A stretch of DNA of 64,000 nt from Pelagomonas calceolata (lineage: Eukaryota), in assembly GCA_918797485.1 (NCBI GenBank), contig CAKKNE010000003.1, forward strand, positions 124,001-188,000, in the 5' to 3' direction. Of this stretch, positions 21,316 to 30,094 are shown piece by piece. The notes under the pieces were generated by a model. That model did not search any database, was not told the origin of the DNA, and saw only the letters and a list, made by a program, of their open reading frames with translations. The position numbers were made by a program, and so were the translations under genes. How positions within the stretch are numbered: position 1 is the first letter of the stretch; the number at the start of each line of letters is the position of its first letter.

Positions 21316-22101
21316 CTACTGCTGCTTCTTCGGCGTCGAGGGCGGCTCCTCATCTACCATTCCCGCGTACTCGGCGGCCGTCCGGGCGTCAGCTTTCGGT
21401 ACTAGCTTGCTGTGGCGGTCGAGGACGCGCGGCGACGCGTATTCGACCAAGTCGGCGCGGCTGTCCACGCGCGTGATGCGGGCCGCGCCGCGCCGCGCGT
21501 TGTCGACCGCGCCGTCGAGCAGGATGGCGCGCGTCGCATCCAAACGCACCAAGCGCGGCCCCGCGTCCGCGAACAGCACCCCGAGTCCTGCGACCACGGC
21601 CACGGGCAAGTACCACATGGCTGCGGTCTTGACGCACTTGGCCGCCGCGGCCGACGACGCCGCGCAGCGCGGCGCGGCTATGGCTTCGGGATGGTAGGCC
21701 GAGCAGGCGGCGGCAAGAATGGCAGCGATGAGGTTGAGGAACGCGGCGAGCTTCTTCGTGCGAGGAGCCGCACTTGAGGGTGCCAAACACATACAACCGA
21801 TGCCCCAAGCGCTGAGATGGATGCCGCCGATCGCAAGAACGTGGCGCGAGAACGCCGCCGCAGGGTTCGCCGCGTCGAGCTGGACGTCCCACGCGTCCGC
21901 CATCATCGCCAGCGACTCGGTCGGATAGCGCGCGGCGAAGAAGCCGCAGAACGCCAGGCCAGCGCCGTAGACGAAGATGCAGATCGACGAGAAGTTCCGC
22001 CGCTTGTTGCCGAAGACTAAGCCGTCCAAGCTCGACACGAGGGCGTTTGGAATTAGAGATGCGGCCTCCAGCGGATCATGGAAATTAGAGATGCGGCGCA
22101 T
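21316..22101 (-). CDS. Multi-pass membrane protein of unknown function, paralog B
   Basis: GNKRRNFSSICIFVYGAGL...PTESLAMMADAW...PRTKK...AGPRLVR...DSRADL; about four hydrophobic segments; ATG at 22101. Confidence 0.8.
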   Translation of the reverse strand: MRRISNFHDPLEAASLIPNALVSSLDGLVFGNKRRNFSSICIFVYGAGLAFCGFFAARYPTESLAMMADAWDVQLDAANPAAAFSRHVLAIGGIHLSAWGIGCMCLAPSSAAPRTKKLAAFLNLIAAILAAACSAYHPEAIAAPRCAASSAAAAKCVKTAAMWYLPVAVVAGLGVLFADAGPRLVRLDATRAILLDGAVDNARRGAARITRVDSRADLVEYASPRVLDRHSKLVPKADARTAAEYAGMVDEEPPSTPKKQQ

Positions 22102-22282
22102 CGTGCGTGATATTAGAGCTCTGAGCGGCTCTGAGCTGGATTGCTGCTCCCCGGCGCCAGCTAGCGTTCTGCTGTTGCAGCCGTCGGTAGGGCAATGACA
22201 CGGAGACGCTGTGTTACGTTCCACGCCGTCTATCCGGGTCGTATACGGGCAATATAAGCTGGTGGCGTTCGGCTGCGTGATT

Positions 22283-22307
22283 GCTAGTGTGTCTTTACAC
22301 CGCTAGC
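22283..22307. promoter_or_regulatory. CTAG-N15-CTAG motif in a divergent promoter
   Basis: gctagtgtgtctttacaccgctagc (reverse orientation), about 180-190 bp from both ATGs. Confidence 0.55.
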
Positions 22308-22499
22308 TCACAAATACCCCTTTTGCCGAGACCACAGCCTGAGAGCCACTATCCGTCGCCCCACGCGCTGTTCTCAACACTCACTGCACCGTTGTACAGC
22401 GCCACGCCACCCACGCGCTGCCAAACGTGCTCTAAGTGCCAAACAAACAAAAAGCTCTCGCAGATTTAAACCAGTTACGCAGTACGAGCTCGTACAGAC

Positions 22500-23613
22500 A
22501 TGGCGGAGCAGCCCACAAACCTATCGGACTATGAACTGCAGCGCCTGGCGCATATCCGTCGCAACCACGAATTTCTCGTCTCGCTCGGGTTAGCCGATGC
22601 CGCCGTCGACCCCGTCGAAGCGATGAGAACCGGCAACAAGAAGAAGCCCTCCAAGCCGAGAGCGCCGCGCCGCCCCAAGATCGCGCCGCCACCCGAGTCG
22701 CTGCGGCGCTCGCCGCGCCTGAAAGGCGAGGAGGCCGAGTTCGGCGCGGAAATTGTCAATTCGTTCGGCGACGAGGACGACGAGGTCCGCCCGAAGAAGC
22801 GCGCGAGGGCCGAAGAGATGGACGACGAGGCACTCGCGGAGATGCGAGCGGAGGCGATGGCGTATTTGAAAGAGGTCCGCGAGGCGCAGCTCGTGCTCTC
22901 CGTGCCCGAGGGCGGCGAGAGCGGCGACTGGCGCAAAGAGGCCATCCGCCGCTGGGGCGCTTTAGCTGGCGCGGGCAAGGAGGACCGCGACTGGAAGCTC
23001 TTCGTCGAGTCGCGGCTCAGCACGCCGCCGCCGGTCTCGCCGATCGACTTTCTGCAGGAGTACTACGTGGCGTGCGGTGTTGTCAAAGGTGCCTTCGACC
23101 TTAACGCCAGGCGTCGCGTCGATGGCGTCAGTGACTTACCGCCGGTCTTCGCGCAGGCCGCCGACTCGTGGCGCTTATTGGTCTCGTGCATCCTCATGAG
23201 CAGGGTGAGCTCCTGGAAGACCAAGCACGAGTGCATCTCCGCGTTCTTCTATAAAGCCCACTCCGACAGCCTTCGCTGAGGAGTCCGACTCGGCCAACGT
23301 GCTGGCGGCCATCAAGTCGCTCGGGCTCTTCGACGACCGGCTCCGCTCGCTCGTCGCTCTGACGGACACGTTCCTCCGCGGCGCGCCGCTCGAGCCGTCC
23401 AAGAAGAAGTCGCCACGCGCCGACGAGTTCAAGGTCGAGACGGACCGCAAGTCGGTGCACAAGGTGCACGGCGTCGGCCCGTTCGGCGTCGAGTCGTGGC
23501 TCGTGTTCTGCAAGGACCAGGGCGCCACCATCAAGCTCTCCAAGGGCGGCGAGCCCCTCGCGCCCTTTGTGGCCTGGCGCAAGCGCGCGGCCAAGGCGGA
23601 TGCGAAGAAGTAG
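22500..23613 (+). CDS. MBD4-like HhH-GPD DNA glycosylase; probable intron 23067-23156 and frameshift near 23255
   Basis: After splicing: FLQEYYAADSWRLLVSCILMSR, then IKSLGL...VHGVGPFGVESWLVFC (HhH); N-terminal LSDYELQRLAHIRRNHEFLVSLGL motif. Confidence 0.8.
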
Positions 23614-23664
23614 GCCCCGTGAGACGCGACTCGGAGACAGATGTGACTAAACAGTAATAGACAT

Positions 23665-25753
23665 TTACCGCCTTCGCCGCCGCGACGGCTTCTTTCCTTT
23701 CGCCTTGCTCTGCCCCCGCAGCACGCGCCCGCCCGTAAACTTCGCCGTCGTGCGTCGAAGATCCTCAAACGGCAGGAGCGGCTCGCGCGTCGCGACGGCT
23801 ACACCGGGCAGAGCCGACACGCGCAGCGAGCAGCGGCCCGAGCCGTAGACGGCGAGCCAGCCCAGCCCGGCGAGCGTCACATCTGCCGCGGCGCCCTCGA
23901 AGCCCCGACCGTCGATCTCTACCGTGTGAGATTCAAAGTCTCCGAGCTCGGCCACTCTTTCACTATCAAAGGGCGGCGAGAGCAGGCCGCCCGCGTGCTT
24001 CTCGCGGAACGCCGCGTCGGCGTTTTTCGCGGAGGTCGGGTGCAGCGTCAGCGTCGGCGCGACGTAGAACGGAGGAAGAATGCCCCGAGCGGCGCGTCGA
24101 CGACCTCGACCCTGGCAAGTCCTCCGAGGAGCACGCACTGCCCCTCGCTCACACGGAGCGTGACCACGTCGAGCTTCTTAGGCGTAATGGCCTGGAGCTC
24201 CTCCTCCGTCAGAACCGTCCCCAAGGCACCCGGCTGCAACAGACCAGGCGTATCGTAGACGTCGGGGCCATCATCCCTAAGATTGATCTTGACCACGCCG
24301 AGCGTCGTCCCCGGCGACGCCGACGCCGTGACGCCCCAGGCCTTGACGCCCTTGTAGTTTTGGCCGCCGGAGTAGGCGCCCACCGCCCTATTCACGAACG
24401 ACGACTTGCCGCAGTTCGCCGCCCCGCAAACAAAAACGTCGCCCCGCGCCCGCGCCGCGGCGTCGCGCGCGTCCTGGAGCAAATCACCAATACCCTGGCC
24501 CGAGCGGCAGCTCACGAGCTGCACGTCCGTCTCCTTGAGGTTGTCCCGCAAGTAGGGCACGGTCTCCTTGCAGCGGCGCACGACCCAGCTCAACGCGCGC
24601 GCTCGCGAAACATCATTGGGCAGGAGGTCGCACTTGTTCGCCGCGACGAGCACGCGCCGCTTGTGGCCCACGAGGGCCCCCAACTTGCGCCAGCAGGCGA
24701 GTGAACCTTCCACGTCGAAGAAATCGACGAACAGGAGCACGACGCCGCGCCGGTCGCGGACCTCATCAATTATAAGCCTCTCAAAAGCCTCCGGCGTGAG
24801 CGCGTCGTCCGTCGCGCCGGCCCGCGCGCGCGTCGCCTCGCCGCCCTTCTTCTGGTGCCGCAGGCCGTGGCACCGCTGGCAGATCGGCACGGCGTTGCGC
24901 TGGCGCTTCGCTTCCGCCCGCTCGAAGCGGCGCACGTCCGCGGCCTCGGCCTCCTCGAGCTCCTCCTCCTCGAGCCTGTGTGGAGATCAAGCAGTAAGTT
25001 AGGTTATCTTCGTGAACCTCCACGCCATCGAGCAGAACTTGATTTCCACACAGCCTCGAACTCCTGCAACAACTCCTCGAACTCCTCCTCGTCCATCGCG
25101 AGGTCCTCCTCGTCCACCTCCACCTCCGCCTCCTGGCGCCCAGCGCGCGCCTCGGCGAGCAGCCGCTCGACCTCGGCCTCCGGCGAGTCGTCGTCCTCGC
25201 CGGCGAGGTTCAGGCGCGCGTAGACGCTCGGCGGGACGTAGCCCGTCCGCGCCTCGTCCTGACATTGAAACGGAGCGCCGCAGCCGCCGCAGTTCCCGGC
25301 GCCGACCTCAATAGCAAAATCCGGGGCGCCGCGGCGCTCGTCGTGGGACGCGCGCGCCCCGCCGTGGCCGACGTCGCCGGCCGAGGCGCGCGCCAGGCGG
25401 TCCGCCATGTCGGTCCCGGCGTCCTCGTCGCCGTCGTCATCATCATCGAACCCCCAGTCGTAGTCGTCGCCCACGTCGATGACGCGCACGCCGTCCACGA
25501 CCACCGGTTCCGCTTCCGCCGCGGCGGCGCCGTTCTGCTCACTCTCTAGCAGCCGCTCGACCAGTTCGCCCTTCTTGCCGCCGACCTTCAGGCTCAGCGA
25601 CCGCAGGCGGTCCTTGAGCACCGGCACCGTCAGCGCCTCGAGCTCGGACCGCGTCGCGAGGAGGTGCGTCCGGCGCAGCGCCGGGCGCGCGATGTGGTGC
25701 AGCGCCCGCGCGCTGCGGAGAAGGAGCATGAATCGTATGTATAGTAGGCGCAT
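23665..25753 (-). CDS. Circularly permuted GTPase, YqeH/NOA1 family, with N-terminal SAP domain; intron 24976-25061 and frameshift near 24065
   Basis: SAP-like LTVPVLKDRLRSLSLKVGGKKGELVERL; CGGCG...ICQRC zinc finger; NKCD, GAANCGKSS, PGTT, DTPG in G4-G1-G2-G3 order; DVTLAGLGW. Confidence 0.9.
24976..25053. mobile_element. Short introner element (78 bp) in the GTPase gene
   Basis: TIRs ctgtgtggagatcaag / cttgatttccacacag; TSD cctcgagc (24968-75) / cctcgaac (25054-61); the minus-strand GT..AG intron joins ORFs 25004-25753 and 24048-24935 in frame. Confidence 0.92.
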
Positions 25754-25988
25754 GTGGCCTCGATGGCGTCTTGAGGTGCCCGGACCTCGCGCGCAACAGG
25801 TGTGCGACGCGCCGCCGAGCGTCCTGGCGACACCGTCGTTTTCCAGGTGTCTTTTCCGGTGTCTCGAGTCGCGCAGCGCCCCGTGACGTCGTGCGCACTA
25901 TATTGACGAGCTAACTGGCTACCCGCCTTGTGCTGCACGCCACCACTGGCGCTCTGAACGGCAACCTGTGCAACAGCGCCGGCTGAGC

Positions 25989-26011
25989 GCTAGTGCCTTA
26001 CATCACGCTAG
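25989..26011. promoter_or_regulatory. CTAG-N14-CTAG motif in a divergent promoter
   Basis: gctagtgccttacatcacgctag between the GTPase and NECAP. Confidence 0.55.
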
Positions 26012-26166
26012 AAACGGCGCTGCTCCGGCTATCCGCGCGCGCGCGGACCTAGCCCATCTTCTTAAGTGCTTCTTATTGACTGCTTTTACGTATTTCAACT
26101 CGCTGCCATTTGTGCGGCCCACCCCTGCGCCATAGCAAAAGCTTGCCTCAGCTGCACTGACAGAGG

Positions 26167-26928
26167 ATGAGTGAACTCACAGCAACCGCAGACGCCGACA
26201 GCGCTCACACCCCAGTCGAGCTCATCCTGCTGCGCTGTCCCGAAGTCTTCTGCTACAAAGTGCCTCCGCAAGCGTCGGCGGCGGGCCACCGCGCGGAAGA
26301 CTGGAACCTCGGAGAACCGCGCTTCACGGGCCGCCTGCACCTCGTCGGCGTCGGCAGCACGCTCGAGTGCCGCGTGCTCAAGCAAGACGATGGGGACGAC
26401 GCGCCCGTGGCCGTGTGCCCCGTGCGGACGGGCGACAAGGCGCCGCCCGTCGATGCCGTGGTCTGCGCCGTCGTCGACAGCAGTCGCTACTTCGTGTTCC
26501 GCTGCGAGGACGCGAAGGGCCGGCGCGCGTACCTCGGCGTCGGATTCCGCGAGCGCGACCAGGCCTACGACTTCAAGGCCTCGATCGACGACTTTGTGCG
26601 CGCGGCGCGCCGCGAGGCGACGGCGGCCGTCCTGCGCGAGGCGGCCGAGGAGGCGGCGGCGAGTCCCGTCGCCGCCGCGCCGGCCGTCGACATGTCCCTC
26701 AAGGGCGGCCTGAAGCTGAGTTTTGGCGACAAGGCGTCGCCGTCGGCGTCGCCGCCGCGGCGCGAGGCCGGCGCCGTACCGAAGCTCGCGCCGCCGCCCG
26801 TGCCGAAGCTCGCGCCGCCGCCGCCTGTGTTGGAGGAAGATGAGTTTACGGCGTTCTCGTCCGCGCCGGCGGCGCCGCTCGAAGAGGGCTGGGCGGACTT
26901 CGCGGACGCGTTCCCGGAGGCGAGCTAG
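26167..26928 (+). CDS. NECAP: Adaptin ear-binding coat-associated protein (NECAP/PHear domain)
   Basis: YKVPP...GHRAEDW...VVDSSRYFV...AYLGVGFRERDQAYDF; C-terminal WADF (WxxF) motif. Confidence 0.92.
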   Translation: MSELTATADADSAHTPVELILLRCPEVFCYKVPPQASAAGHRAEDWNLGEPRFTGRLHLVGVGSTLECRVLKQDDGDDAPVAVCPVRTGDKAPPVDAVVCAVVDSSRYFVFRCEDAKGRRAYLGVGFRERDQAYDFKASIDDFVRAARREATAAVLREAAEEAAASPVAAAPAVDMSLKGGLKLSFGDKASPSASPPRREAGAVPKLAPPPVPKLAPPPPVLEEDEFTAFSSAPAAPLEEGWADFADAFPEAS

Positions 26929-27188
26929 TTGTGAACGTAGCAGCGCCGTGCAACGGCGGGGCAGACGCGTCGGCCGGGCGAAGGTCTTTGTGTAGTGTTG
27001 CCCGCGGTTTGCGCTCGGGCCTGCCACCGGTCCTGAGGCCTGCGTTCGCAGAGATTTGCGAGAAGCGCTGGGGTATTGGCCGCCCGAAGAAGCCGCGGCG
27101 CGCGCACGACGTGCATGATGCGCTCTAGTAATGTCTGTGTGGTCTTCTTATAAGGCCGGGAGGGGGAGGGGGAATGCACAGCACATCT

Positions 27189-28361
27189 TCAGCGGCGGCG
27201 GCGCGCGGGCTCCTCCTCCTCCTCCTCCTCGTCGTCGGAAGACTCGTAGAGCGCGTCCTCCATGGCGCTCTCGAAGCGCTCCTCGAACTTGGCGCCGAGC
27301 TGCACGGCGGCGACGTGGACCGGCTCGTCCGCGCCCGTGTTGAAAGTCGTCGCGTTGCGGAAGACGAGGCGCACGTCGGCGGCGAACGCCTCGGCGCTCG
27401 CGTAGCGGCCGCCCTTGTACTTGCCCTTGATCGTGCCGAAGTCCATGGGCTGCTTGATGATCTCCGCGTAGTGCGGGATGCCCATGCCGACCGGGTCGAC
27501 GGGGTCCGCGAACCAGGCCGCGTGCTTGTGGCGCAGGAGGTACTTGAGCACGCCGTCGCAGGCGCCGAGGCACGCCGCGCGCTGCTCGGGCGTCTGCTCG
27601 GTCTCCTTCGTCGGCGCGGCCGGCGGCTCCTCGGCCGTCGGCTCGGCCGCCGCCGTGGAAGCGGGCTCGACCGGCGCCTCGGGGGCTTTCGGCGCCTCGA
27701 CCGTCGGCTCGGGCTCCTGCGGCTCGGCCTCCTTCGTCGGCGGCGCGGGCGCCGGCTCCTCGGCCGCCTCGTCCTTCTGGCTCGCCGGCTTCAGCTTCGG
27801 CGAGGGCGCGGCCGGCGCCGACGCCTCGGACGCCACCTCCACCGTGGGCGCGTCGTCGTTGACGACCAGCGTCTCCCGGCGCTCGGGCTTGCCGACCGCG
27901 GCCGACGCCGGGCGCAGGACCGGCGGGCCGTCCGCGCCCGACTCGCGGCGCGCGCGCTTGGCCGCCCGCGCGGCCGCCTCGGAGGCCTCGTCCATGCGCA
28001 CGTCGCTGAAGTCGATCTCCTCGCAGCCGTCCGTCTCGTCGAGCTCGGCCGCGTCCTTGGCCACGGCCTCCCATAGCGCCGAGTCGGCCGCCGTCGACTC
28101 GACGCTGAGCTCGTCCTCGTTCGTCACCGTGGGCGGGTGCGCCGCGGCGACCTCGCGGCAGCGCTTGGCGAGGCGGCTCGTCGCCGGCTTGGCGACGGTC
28201 ACGCGCTTGGGCGGCTTCCACGAGCCGGAGAGGAAGCCCGACGTGCAGAGCTTGGGCGGCGGGCGCCGCGCCCAGGGCTTGCGGCCCGGCGCGTTGCTGG
28301 CCCCGCCGGGCTTGAGCGGCGCCGGCGGCCGGAACGGCTTGAGGTAGGTGCCCGTGGACAT
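27189..28361 (-). CDS. Bromodomain-containing protein
   Basis: AWFADPVDP...HYAEIIKQPMDFGTIK...FAADVRLVFRNATTFN. Confidence 0.9.
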   Translation of the reverse strand: MSTGTYLKPFRPPAPLKPGGASNAPGRKPWARRPPPKLCTSGFLSGSWKPPKRVTVAKPATSRLAKRCREVAAAHPPTVTNEDELSVESTAADSALWEAVAKDAAELDETDGCEEIDFSDVRMDEASEAAARAAKRARRESGADGPPVLRPASAAVGKPERRETLVVNDDAPTVEVASEASAPAAPSPKLKPASQKDEAAEEPAPAPPTKEAEPQEPEPTVEAPKAPEAPVEPASTAAAEPTAEEPPAAPTKETEQTPEQRAACLGACDGVLKYLLRHKHAAWFADPVDPVGMGIPHYAEIIKQPMDFGTIKGKYKGGRYASAEAFAADVRLVFRNATTFNTGADEPVHVAAVQLGAKFEERFESAMEDALYESSDDEEEEEEEPARRRR

Positions 28362-28658
28362 CTCTTCAGCGCGCCGCGTTCTGCGCGGCGCGTTCTCGGC
28401 TGAGATCGGTTTCCCTCCTGATTCGGCGCGCAGGGCGAGCGCGAGAGCGTAAGATCACGCAGCGCGCTAGTTCTGAACTATGGCGCTGCGCCGGCAGCGT
28501 GTATGTCAATCCTTACGTCGACTGGCGCGAACGCGGAGGCTCAGCACCGAGACGCAGAGGACGGTCCGTGGTCTCGACGAGCCAGAAATCGTAGCAAGCC
28601 TCGGTACTCCGTTCTGAAGACTCCACCGCAAGCACCAGGTCCGTGCAAGCCTCCATGG

Positions 28659-28681
28659 GCTAGCGCCTGTGAGACACTAGC
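28659..28681. promoter_or_regulatory. CTAG-N13-CTAG motif in a divergent promoter
   Basis: gctagcgcctgtgagacactagc. Confidence 0.55.
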
Positions 28682-28894
28682 AAGCAACAAGCACAGGCAA
28701 GGCTAAAAACGCCGCTGGTGCCGCCGCTGGTCGGTGGACAACGCTGGCAATTTCTTATTGATTGTATTTTCACGCATAAATCAAGCGTTGTGAGTTTCAG
28801 CGCCAACGTTTGCAGGACTAGTTAGTTTGGGTGCTGCTGCCCTGCACAGCAGTGAGGCGCGCTCGTCGCAAAAGAAAAAAAATAGCAAGAAACC

Positions 28895-30079
28895 ATGGCC
28901 TCCTTCCACCACGAGGGCATGGAGCTCGACGCCCCCGCGGGCACGGCCGGCCGCCTGCCGCACGACATCCAACAGGACGAGTCCGGCGCGCCCACGAAAC
29001 TAGATGAATGGGACGACAACGTCCCGACGGCCGGTCCGAAGGGAGAAGAAAATCCAATGTTGGACGAGAGCGAGATGGAACGATTTGTGCGCGAAGGCAT
29101 GGAAGCTTGGGATCTCTACGACAAGCGGTCAAAGGAAAAGAACAGCATGTACGAGGAGGGCTTCCCGGTCCCCGACGAGCACCTGAACTGGAAGATGCGG
29201 TTGCAGTACGGCGGTGCCACAGTAACACCGGAGCTCATGGAAAAAGTCAGAGCTGTGGACTTCCTGAAGGACCCGCCGGAGGTCGACCTCCCCCCGAAGT
29301 CGGACAAAGGCCGGAAGGAGGCCGAGAAGATCATGCAGGAGGAGCACGATAGGCGCTGGAAGAAAGTAGCCGAAGATGTTGATGATTTACTAGAGTGTTT
29401 TCGAGGGTTTGATCGAGCAAAGGAGAAGATCCTGAAAAGGCGAGAAGGTATATTAACACCGTTCCCGGACGGCGGCGACTGGCAGTGGGAGTGCTACCGG
29501 ACGAGGCAGGCGCACGAGCGGGAAGAACGGGAGCGCGAGATCGCCGAGGCGGAGGCTGAGGGACGAGAACCGCCGCCCGAAAAGGTGCCGACGATGCCTG
29601 ATTTAGCTAAAGCGGAGCAGGCCTTCAAGGATCTGCAAGAACAGGGCGTGTTCACGCAGAAACAAGTTGATGAGGAACTGGAGTTGTCGGAACGAAGGGC
29701 ATCGTGGGATTGTGTGAGGGTCGCATTGACGCTGGAAGAGGCGGCGAAAGCGGCAGAAAAAAGTGGGGACTACACGGGCGAGAAGCTCCCCAAGAAATCC
29801 GACGAGTTGAAAGCCGCCGAGAAAGTACTCAATGAGACCGACGACCCGCCCAAGCCGAGCTTCTACTACGGCGGCTTCGAGGAGAACGACTATGGGGACG
29901 AGGACACCTGCGCGCGCATCGCGGCCACCACGGCGGCGGCCGCGGCCGCGGCCGAGTCCGGCGCGCAGGGTTTAGATTTGATCAAGGATTTGTTGGAGAA
30001 GCTCGACGCGAAGCCGGAGGAGGCGCCGCCGGCGCCGGCGCCCGCGAAAAAACCGTCGCGGAAGAAGCGTGGGTCGTAA
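28895..30079 (+). CDS. Hypothetical acidic/charged protein
   Basis: Uninterrupted 394-aa ORF with plausible composition; no family recognised. Confidence 0.75.
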   Translation: MASFHHEGMELDAPAGTAGRLPHDIQQDESGAPTKLDEWDDNVPTAGPKGEENPMLDESEMERFVREGMEAWDLYDKRSKEKNSMYEEGFPVPDEHLNWKMRLQYGGATVTPELMEKVRAVDFLKDPPEVDLPPKSDKGRKEAEKIMQEEHDRRWKKVAEDVDDLLECFRGFDRAKEKILKRREGILTPFPDGGDWQWECYRTRQAHEREEREREIAEAEAEGREPPPEKVPTMPDLAKAEQAFKDLQEQGVFTQKQVDEELELSERRASWDCVRVALTLEEAAKAAEKSGDYTGEKLPKKSDELKAAEKVLNETDDPPKPSFYYGGFEENDYGDEDTCARIAATTAAAAAAAESGAQGLDLIKDLLEKLDAKPEEAPPAPAPAKKPSRKKRGS

Positions 30080-30094
30080 TAATATCACTAAATC

